Source: Candidatus Hodarchaeota archaeon (GTDB taxonomy: Archaea; Asgardarchaeota; Heimdallarchaeia; Hodarchaeales; Hodarchaeaceae). From it: a stretch of 54,773 nucleotides of DNA. The notes beneath the pieces are model-generated. The model saw only the letters and a list, made by a program, of their open reading frames with translations. It made no database searches and was not told where the DNA came from. The position numbers and the translations under genes are program-made. Position 1 is the first letter of the stretch. Each line of letters starts with the position of its first letter. The stretch covers positions 1 to 54,773 of the forward strand of contig JAEOTM010000196.1 of the NCBI GenBank assembly GCA_016839815.1, given 5' to 3'. Below are positions 47,720-54,773 of the stretch, one piece after another.

Positions 47720-48823
47720 TTACTCGAAGATTTTGAGAGCTGCCTCCTGAATATGACAGTGAACTAGTTCTGAGATTTGAAAATCACATTGAGAACCAGG
47801 AATATGAATTCTTAATACTTTTATATCATTTTTATCAACTTTTCCAACTTTTAATGAAATTAATACCAATAATGTGACCTGATTAAACATTGGTTCGGGA
47901 ATAACAGAGATAATCTTCCCTTCAAATGAATTTTTGCGGTTAAAAGGTGTTTTAGCAATAGATATAAGGGTGGGATTTATATAAATCCCTTTAACTTTCG
48001 CAGAAAAATCGTAATCATCTGGGATATTAATTTCAATACCCCCAATCTCACTTATTAATTTTAATGACTTGGATTCCGCAATTTCCCTCATAGAAGTGAC
48101 TTTATACAAATTTTTAAGGCCTAATGCAATAGCTACTTCGATAGAGCGTGGATTATTGTTGATTTCTACTGGTGATCCCTCTTGTAAAATCTTCCCCTGA
48201 TTTAAAACCACAATTTTATCAGCAAGCATTTTTGCCTCTTCTAAATCATGAGTAACAAAGAGAGTTGTAATATTAGACTCGTTTTGAATTCTACGGATAT
48301 AAATTGCTAATTGCTCACGTAATTGGGCATCAATATTACTTAATGGCTCATCTAGTAGAAGTAATTTGGGTGATGGAGCCAATGCTCGTAACAGGGCGAC
48401 TCGTTGTTGTTGACCACCACTAATTTCATGAGGTTTTCGATTTAAGACATCAATTAGTTCGCTAAGTATAGCTAATTCTTGGATCTTAGCGTTAATAAAA
48501 TCTTGTCCTAATTTTTGGGCTCTGAGACCAAAAGCAATGTTCTCAAAGACTGAAAGATGAGGAAAAAGGGCTTGATTTTGAGGGACATAACCAATATTTC
48601 TAGATTCAATCGGTGAATGGGTAATATCATCTGAATTGACAAGGATGGATCCCTGTTGAGGAGATAAAATACCTACAATAGTTTTAAGGATTGTAGTCTT
48701 ACCACATCCGGATGGGCCTACAATTGCAATTAATTTCCCTTCTTGGCCTGTAAACGAGATGTTATCAAGAACCCATTGTTCCTCATACTTGTATGATAGC
48801 TTGTTAATCTCCAAATAAGCCAT
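47720..48823 (-). CDS. ABC ATPase of thiamine/Fe(III)-type transporter (ThiQ-like)
   Basis: GPSGCGKT, ALFPHLSV, ISGGQQQR, LLDEP, VTHD. Confidence 0.85.
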   Translation of the reverse strand: MAYLEINKLSYKYEEQWVLDNISFTGQEGKLIAIVGPSGCGKTTILKTIVGILSPQQGSILVNSDDITHSPIESRNIGYVPQNQALFPHLSVFENIAFGLRAQKLGQDFINAKIQELAILSELIDVLNRKPHEISGGQQQRVALLRALAPSPKLLLLDEPLSNIDAQLREQLAIYIRRIQNESNITTLFVTHDLEEAKMLADKIVVLNQGKILQEGSPVEINNNPRSIEVAIALGLKNLYKVTSMREIAESKSLKLISEIGGIEINIPDDYDFSAKVKGIYINPTLISIAKTPFNRKNSFEGKIISVIPEPMFNQVTLLVLISLKVGKVDKNDIKVLRIHIPGSQCDFQISELVHCHIQEAALKIFE

Positions 48824-48851
48824 TTCTATATACCTTCGATTTCGTAATTCC

Positions 48852-50573
48852 TCATATTCTAAAATCTACCTTCCCTAAGCGATCAATAATCATAAAACTT
48901 CCAGCAGTAATAAGAACGAGTAGTGATGCGAACGCAGCAGCGGCACCAATATCTTTCATACCAATTAATCTGTAAATACCTACAGGGATAGTCGCGAAAT
49001 TTGATTTCGAAAGGAAGTATGTCGCTCCAAATTCCCCAATTGAGATGGAAAAACTGAATAATCCTGCTACAACAATCCCAGGTAATAATTGAGGTAGTTC
49101 TATCTTAAAGAACGCTCCTAATCGTGATACCCCTAAACTTCGAGCGACATTAACAGTTGTCTGATCAATATTCGATCGTGTAGCTGCAATAATACGATTT
49201 GCAAATGGGAAAGCGACTAAAGTTTGAGCTATAATAATTATTAGTGAAATATTGTCATAAATTGGTGTTTCACGATATAGACTGAACAGTGAAAAGGCAA
49301 GAGTAATAGAAGAGACCGTCAAAGGAAGAATCACTATGATCCCTGTAATCGATCGAAAGAGAGTTATCTTAGGTCTTCCCTTATATGTTGTTTCATAATT
49401 TGAACCATAGTTAAGTAAGATAGCAAGGAGGGGAGCAACGAGAATCACTCCTATTCCAAATAATAGACTATTAGTTATCATATTGAGCGGATGTAAGCCG
49501 ATAAAGGAGCTGATTTCTTGATCAAATAGCTTGGAATAATTGAGGAAAGTAAACATATTTTCAGAAGTCGTTAATGAAGTGTAAAAAACTCCAGCAATAG
49601 GAAGCACACAAATAAAGCCAACCAAAAGGAAATAAATCCCGATTAGTGTATTTCGTATCAAGGATTTTCGCGAATAAGGACGATCAATCAAACTTTTTTC
49701 AATATCCCAAGCAAATCTTTCTGTAGGAATCTCATATTTATTTGAAAGATATAGATAGAGGAGAATAACGAAAATATTGATGAGCAGTTGAATTATTGTA
49801 AGGGCAGCTGCGGCATTATAATTAAAATAAACCCAAACATAATTAAAAATTCTAACCTCCAATGTTTGAAAATAACCCCCCCCGAATTTTAGGACAATCG
49901 CGAAACTATTGAATGAATAAATAAAAACAAGCAAAGAAGCTGCAGCTAAAACAGGAAATATCTGAGGAAACTGTATATTCCGGAATATTGTCCATTTACT
50001 AGCCTTTAAACTTTTAGCAACCGTAATGAGATCGGGATCAATATTTTTCCAACCTATCTCAGTTAATCGTATTATCACTGGAATATTATAGAATATATGT
50101 GCAAGAATAATTCCCTCATACGTATTAGTGATATCTATTAATTGAAATCCAGTTAAATCCCTCCAAAAATTATTAACTAGACTCCCTTTATCAAAAACCG
50201 AATAAAAACCCAATAAAACTACGATTGGTGGAAGAATGAATGGAATGGTTAAGAAACTCCTAATTAAATTACGGAAAGGAAAGTTATAGTGAGCTAGAAT
50301 ATACGATCCAGGAATTCCGATCAATAAGCAAAGAAAAGTAGTAAAAAGTGCCTGTTGAACATCCCAGAAAAAAAATTTTTGATTGAGGGGATGGCCCAAA
50401 ACCTCTGTGAAATAGGAAAAAGTGACAAGACTTCCATCATCAAAAACACCAAAAGCCATTAGAAGAATATTAATTAAAGGAACAATGAAAAAAATTGCTA
50501 AAAATGAACCAGGTATGACTAAAATCGCAAAAGCTTTGAGAGAATTCCGTTTTATGAGCATAGAAGTCAACAC
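48852..50573 (-). CDS. thiP: ABC permease, ThiP/FbpB family (duplicated TM domains)
   Basis: PFILPPIVV, AHIFYNIP, two EAA-like loops, SIGEFGAT. Confidence 0.8.
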   Translation of the reverse strand: MLTSMLIKRNSLKAFAILVIPGSFLAIFFIVPLINILLMAFGVFDDGSLVTFSYFTEVLGHPLNQKFFFWDVQQALFTTFLCLLIGIPGSYILAHYNFPFRNLIRSFLTIPFILPPIVVLLGFYSVFDKGSLVNNFWRDLTGFQLIDITNTYEGIILAHIFYNIPVIIRLTEIGWKNIDPDLITVAKSLKASKWTIFRNIQFPQIFPVLAAASLLVFIYSFNSFAIVLKFGGGYFQTLEVRIFNYVWVYFNYNAAAALTIIQLLINIFVILLYLYLSNKYEIPTERFAWDIEKSLIDRPYSRKSLIRNTLIGIYFLLVGFICVLPIAGVFYTSLTTSENMFTFLNYSKLFDQEISSFIGLHPLNMITNSLLFGIGVILVAPLLAILLNYGSNYETTYKGRPKITLFRSITGIIVILPLTVSSITLAFSLFSLYRETPIYDNISLIIIIAQTLVAFPFANRIIAATRSNIDQTTVNVARSLGVSRLGAFFKIELPQLLPGIVVAGLFSFSISIGEFGATYFLSKSNFATIPVGIYRLIGMKDIGAAAAFASLLVLITAGSFMIIDRLGKVDFRI

Positions 50574-50603
50574 AGTTAAGTTAAGAACGCTGGAAATTTG
50601 AGA

Positions 50604-51827
50604 TTATAGACGTTTTTTCCTCTTTCTAAACAACACAGGAATTGCCAGTATCATCAAACCAAGGATCGTAGAATAAAGTTCAAAGCTCGGAGCGCCTACA
50701 ATTACTCGTTCCCATTGATCTTTCCAATATGCTAGATTATCTGCTAATAGATCGGGTGATAGCAGATCATTCAGTCTGTAAACATCATCTGGATGGATAA
50801 CCGATTCTTCAAAACATGGAGAGAGATTAACCTCGGTATTAGCAGGATACATCCATTGGTGTTCAGGAATTTCACTCTGTAAGGAAGGACTCAAAAACCA
50901 ATCAATAAATTGCTTAGCATTTTCTCTATTAGGTGCATCCTTAACCAGACCGATTCCCTCAATTTGAAGCCACGCATTTTGTTGATTTCCTTCATGGGTT
51001 ACAACTGCAGAAGTGCTATCATCACCCCATTGGCAATAACTATAGGCAGGTGACGTTCCATAGGAAACCATAATAGGTTTGCTTTCATCTTCAAAGAAAA
51101 TCACAAATGCATCACTCCAAGAGTCAGTGAGTGTAATTTGATTGCGAGAGGTTCTCCACCAATCACGCCAGTTTTCTCCTAATAACCCATGAAAATTGAT
51201 CTCAGGATCACCATAAACGGCAATAGTCCATAATAGAAATCCCAATCCCGGACTACTATGTAAAGGATTTTCTACAATGAGCATAGGAAGTAGATCTGAA
51301 GTAAGAAGACTATCTAGGGTCAAATTCTGCAGTTCTGGATGAGTAGAAGTATTAATAATTTGATTCTGATAGTAAAAACTGATTATCCCATAATCATATG
51401 GAATAAGGAAGTATTGAGGGTCGAGGTTCTGGATTAAGTTAGGATCAATCTGCGAGATTGGTGCGGGAGTATATGATTCTAAAATCGAGGAAATATCCTC
51501 AATTAAATGGATAAGAGTATTATCAATACCAATTACTACATCAGCCACAGGATTACTTTTTTCCAATTCTAACCTCGTTAAGAGTTCATTCGCATCATTA
51601 AATCGTCTAATCCGAATTTCCCCTTCAGGTATACCAGAAAACTGTGAAAAATTACCTGCGATATTAAAATATGGATCTTTTAGCAAACTAACATACGTGT
51701 AAATTTCTAATCGGGTCGCTTGACTTTTTTCTATCTTGAAGGATGCAAATGATAGTGAGGTGCTATTGAAGCTAAATATCAATATTAATGCTAAGAGTAA
51801 AAGACGAGTATTAATTTTTACTTGCAT
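50604..51827 (-). CDS. thiB: Thiamine ABC substrate-binding protein ThiB/TbpA with C-terminal sorting signal (start ATG 51827)
   Basis: IYTYVS, ADVVIGIDN, PYDYG, SSPGLGFL, VSYGTSPAY, QIEG, QWMYP; tail APSF-TM-RKRKKR; GGTGA SD. Confidence 0.88.
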   Translation of the reverse strand: MQVKINTRLLLLALILIFSFNSTSLSFASFKIEKSQATRLEIYTYVSLLKDPYFNIAGNFSQFSGIPEGEIRIRRFNDANELLTRLELEKSNPVADVVIGIDNTLIHLIEDISSILESYTPAPISQIDPNLIQNLDPQYFLIPYDYGIISFYYQNQIINTSTHPELQNLTLDSLLTSDLLPMLIVENPLHSSPGLGFLLWTIAVYGDPEINFHGLLGENWRDWWRTSRNQITLTDSWSDAFVIFFEDESKPIMVSYGTSPAYSYCQWGDDSTSAVVTHEGNQQNAWLQIEGIGLVKDAPNRENAKQFIDWFLSPSLQSEIPEHQWMYPANTEVNLSPCFEESVIHPDDVYRLNDLLSPDLLADNLAYWKDQWERVIVGAPSFELYSTILGLMILAIPVLFRKRKKRL

Positions 51828-51888
51828 AAAATCACCCAAATTTAAGTCGCGTACTTTTAAAGGTACATATATCAAAAATGCTTAAAAA

Positions 51889-51916
51889 TATAGGTCTGTG
51901 TTATAGTTGAGCTATA
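51889..51916. promoter_or_regulatory. Candidate ThiR operator (overlapping imperfect palindromes) upstream of thiB
   Basis: TATAGGTCTGTGTTATA (51889-51905) overlaps TATAGTTGAGCTATA (51902-51916), directly upstream of a minus-strand TTTTTAAG TATA-like box. Confidence 0.35.
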
Positions 51917-51964
51917 TCGAATCTTGATTTCTCTCCCTAAATCGAGGCTTTGTTTGATGGGATC

Positions 51965-52879
51965 TCATTGAATATTGAGCGAAGAAAAGCCCAAGCGCGC
52001 AAGATTCAGAAATTTTGAGCTTGGAATTCCCCGCTCAGGAAATGTATACGCATTATTTTTCATACGGAAAACCTGAAGGGCATACCAAAGCGTAGACATC
52101 AGATTCATTAAATTTTTATACAGAGAGACCGCTTGAAAGTCAATGTTTATTGAATTATGATGTGCATAGAGGTTGATAATTCGTTTTTCTAATTCTGGAG
52201 GAATTGAATTTTGCGTAACAAGATAAGCAAGATCTAGAAGCGGATCTCCAATTGTAGTATATTCCCAATCAATAAGGATACAATCATGATTAGACTGAAT
52301 AATATTTGAAAAAACTAAATCTCCATGAAGCCGTGTAATGTGATCAGACCGCGCTACGTTATCTAGTTCTTCTCTCTTCTCTTTATAAAAAGAAGAAATG
52401 GCACGATATTCTGGGAAATTCTCTTTTTGAGGTGGATTAATGTCTTTGTACTCTCGTAGATAGCGATCAAGGACATCGAAGTAATCAAAATCCGCCTCAC
52501 ACGTATAATGTAGTTTATGAAGAGAAGAAAGAGTAGTAATCAAACTATTCAAATTAGATTCGAGATCCACGTGATCCATAATTTTTCCGTTAATCCAATT
52601 CCTTGCAATGAAAAATCTATTATCCTGTTCGTAAGAGCTAAAAAATTTGGGCATGAATTTGAAATTAGTAAGCGATTTTAGAGCAGTTCTTTCACGAGAA
52701 TATCGTAATTGAATTGGATCATTCTTTTCATCCCGCTGTAAGTATTCCTTCAGAAGATAATCTTTATTTATTAGGATATTACGATTATTCAACCCTCCCT
52801 TAATAAATTGAATGGACTTGATCTTTGAAGGTAGAATAGATTCTGGAATATTTGCTAAAGGAGTTAAATCAGATGTCAT
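51965..52879 (-). CDS. APH/choline-kinase-family phosphotransferase (possible thiamine kinase)
   Basis: GGLNNRN, LHGDLVFSNI, LIDWEY, GDPLLDLA. Confidence 0.8.
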   Translation of the reverse strand: MTSDLTPLANIPESILPSKIKSIQFIKGGLNNRNILINKDYLLKEYLQRDEKNDPIQLRYSRERTALKSLTNFKFMPKFFSSYEQDNRFFIARNWINGKIMDHVDLESNLNSLITTLSSLHKLHYTCEADFDYFDVLDRYLREYKDINPPQKENFPEYRAISSFYKEKREELDNVARSDHITRLHGDLVFSNIIQSNHDCILIDWEYTTIGDPLLDLAYLVTQNSIPPELEKRIINLYAHHNSINIDFQAVSLYKNLMNLMSTLWYALQVFRMKNNAYTFPERGIPSSKFLNLARLGFSSLNIQ

Positions 52880-53013
52880 ACGGAAATAATCCTTGAATAG
52901 TACATTTACGTAGAGATCATTGAGATAGTATTAGTTAAAGGAAATTCGAGCAAATCTTTAATATCTCATGAGTCAGCTTTCGAATAAATTGATTCAAACT
53001 TTTGTGAAAAGCT

Positions 53014-53922
53014 ATGAATTTTATATGTGAAATTGTTCCCTCAAGTTTTTTAACTCCTCTAAGACGAATCATTGCTCAAAAATTATCAAGTGAAGGATTG
53101 AAACAAACAGAAATTGGATCACTACTGGGCGTATCGCAACCAGTGATTTCCTCATATCTAAGCTCGGCCTCAAGTCCACCTAGTTCGATTACAAGTAATC
53201 CTTTATTTAAAGGGCTAGTTTCCAAGATAATTACAAGAGTAACCGAGGAAACTATTACAAATATCGAATTGATAGAAGAAATCTGCGATGTTTGTCAAAC
53301 TTTTAGAACCGCTGGACCATTATGCGAAGCACATCGGAGAATGTCAGAGATAGACTTCTTACCAAATTGTTCCATCTGTTTTCCCTCTGAAACTTCACGA
53401 AAAATCTTTGATGACAGATTAAGTGTAACAAAAGAGTTGTATGAAGCTGCAATTAAACTAGTTGCGTCAGGAGAGCGATTTGCGAGCTTAATTCCAGAAG
53501 TAGGTTGTCAATTTGTAGGAACGACAGAAGACACACAGGAGATTAAAGATATTGCAGGGTTCCCAGGTCGAATAATAAAAGTCAAAGATAAGGGACAGAT
53601 CATCTCGTACCCGGAATTTGGACAAGGGGCAACTCTAGCACAGATACTGGGTTATTTCAAAAGACAATCATCAAAATTTAATTCTTTAATATCTATACGA
53701 CGAACCGATAATATTCTCAAAATAATTTCTCCGAAAAAAGAAGTTCTATTAACCGTGGAAGCAGATAAAGATTGGATTCAAACCTTACAGGCCTTTTCTA
53801 CTCAAGAAATTCAGGAAATCGAGATCATTGCTGATGCGGGAGGAATTGGGCTTGAACCCCTCATCTATCTATTTGGGAAGACTCCTAACGATATTATTGA
53901 GTTTCTATTATCCAAATTTTAA
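53014..53922 (+). CDS. thiR: ThiR-like regulator (HTH + ThiN thiamine-phosphate-synthase-like domain)
   Basis: GLKQTEIGSLLGVSQPVISSYL HTH; Cys/His cluster; LIPEVG, DIAGFPGRI, GGIGLEP ThiN motifs. Confidence 0.8.
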   Translation: MNFICEIVPSSFLTPLRRIIAQKLSSEGLKQTEIGSLLGVSQPVISSYLSSASSPPSSITSNPLFKGLVSKIITRVTEETITNIELIEEICDVCQTFRTAGPLCEAHRRMSEIDFLPNCSICFPSETSRKIFDDRLSVTKELYEAAIKLVASGERFASLIPEVGCQFVGTTEDTQEIKDIAGFPGRIIKVKDKGQIISYPEFGQGATLAQILGYFKRQSSKFNSLISIRRTDNILKIISPKKEVLLTVEADKDWIQTLQAFSTQEIQEIEIIADAGGIGLEPLIYLFGKTPNDIIEFLLSKF

Positions 53923-54177
53923 CAGATAGACGAATTGAACAAGGGGAGAGAGGGATGTAAGGTGAAAATGTTCACTTAATTTTACCTACTTCTATAGTGA
54001 AAAAGATGGACAGATCAAACCTTCTGAAAGACCGTATCAAGAGAGAAATCCATATAATACACTGATATCACATTATGGTATTAATTGGAATAGCAGCATT
54101 AGATTCAAGTATGTGAGTAACCATATCCTTGTCTAGAAGAAGAACTATTCGATTCTAGAATTTCAACAGGTGTATTT

Positions 54178-54773
54178 ATGCTAGAAAACGCGAAACATTG
54201 GTCAAGGCAAGGTATACTAGTATTTCTATTAGTTATCGTAGTATTCACTAATATACCTCTAATTAAACCGGTGGTACAGATTGAAGATACTATTGCACCA
54301 GTAGTTACTATTATAACGCCTGTAAATGGATCCATTTTTGAACATGGAACCGATGTAGCCTATTCTTACACAGTAGAAGATCTTAGTGGTGTATTTGTGA
54401 GAGTATGGTTAAATGGAATTTTAGTTCCAGATACTGAGGTATTCACAGGGCTTGCAGTAGGAGTTTATACGCTTTCTATTGAAGCTGTTGATGATAGTGG
54501 CAATGTTGGCTCAGATGAGATGGTTTTCTTTATACAAGAGATTAGTCCTACAGAAGTGATAATAACCTCACCTGTTAATTCGACAACTTTTGAATTTGGA
54601 GACTCTATTATATGCACATACGACGTCACAAATTATCGTAAAGGAGATATTGTCTTATACTTTGATGGAAATATCGTACCAGATACTGGGGTATTAGCCC
54701 CTCCTGAGATTGGGGTTCACAATTTTACAGTAATAATTCAAGATGATTACGAAATATTGACAAGTGACCAAAT
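54178..54773 (+). CDS. Partial (runs off window end) surface protein with Ig-like repeats
   Basis: Manual translation: MLENAKHWSRQGILVFLLVIVVF...DTIAPVVTIITPVNGS...GVYTLSIEAVDDSGN, then a second repeat VIITSPVNST...GVHNFTVIIQD; AGGTG upstream. Confidence 0.75.
   Translation, partial: MLENAKHWSRQGILVFLLVIVVFTNIPLIKPVVQIEDTIAPVVTIITPVNGSIFEHGTDVAYSYTVEDLSGVFVRVWLNGILVPDTEVFTGLAVGVYTLSIEAVDDSGNVGSDEMVFFIQEISPTEVIITSPVNSTTFEFGDSIICTYDVTNYRKGDIVLYFDGNIVPDTGVLAPPEIGVHNFTVIIQDDYEILTSDQ

Noticed and set aside
53960-54140. Possible small ORF or pseudogene between thiR and the Ig-repeat gene
   Set aside because: Open stretches lack a credible start or recognisable similarity.
408-54335. Many short antisense or nested ORFs in the track (e.g. 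408-623, 2886-3239, 3421-3753, 7844-8110, 9645-9896, 22171-22440, 26373-26735, 35175-35456, 54105-54335)
   Set aside because: They are shadows of well-supported genes and carry no motifs of their own.
1-54773. CRISPR arrays, transposases, integrases, rRNA
   Set aside because: No regularly spaced repeats, terminal inverted repeats or relevant protein motifs were seen. The DinG-like helicase has no cas or defence genes beside it.

Overview
AT-rich, gene-dense archaeal chromosome segment, most likely from an Asgard archaeon (Heimdallarchaeia/Hodarchaeales-like). This is an inference from several Rag/Gtr-like small GTPases with C-terminal roadblock-like domains, longin/uDENN-like proteins, PGF-type C-terminal sorting signals, archaeal TrpRS/ABCE1/ThiR and an intron-containing tRNA-Tyr. 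Contents in order: a URO-D-like fragment, trmO, a btuFCD-like transporter, a two-intron tRNA-Tyr(GUA), a B12 radical SAM enzyme, an Eis-like acetyltransferase, a tandem-domain methyltransferase, a surface metalloprotease, ABCE1, a site-2 protease, a Rag-like GTPase cluster, trpS, an MFS transporter, another Rag-like GTPase, a NuoEFG-like + NfnAB operon, CBS + two longin-like genes, a TrxB-NfnA fusion + NfnB, MEMO1, PfkB, an SPFH-like protein, adenine deaminase, a DinG/XPD-like helicase, a thiamine ABC transporter + kinase + ThiR, and a partial Ig-repeat surface protein. No CRISPR array, rRNA or mobile element was seen. Most striking observation: one ~85-aa beta-rich domain recurs almost without gaps at the C-terminus of the transhydrogenase subunit NfnB and of both neighbouring longin/uDENN-like proteins. 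These genes lie next to a CBS protein and near Rag-like GTPases, making this a candidate redox/energy-sensing module linking core metabolism to eukaryote-like GTPase signalling. All family calls come from motif recognition by eye; no searches were run.
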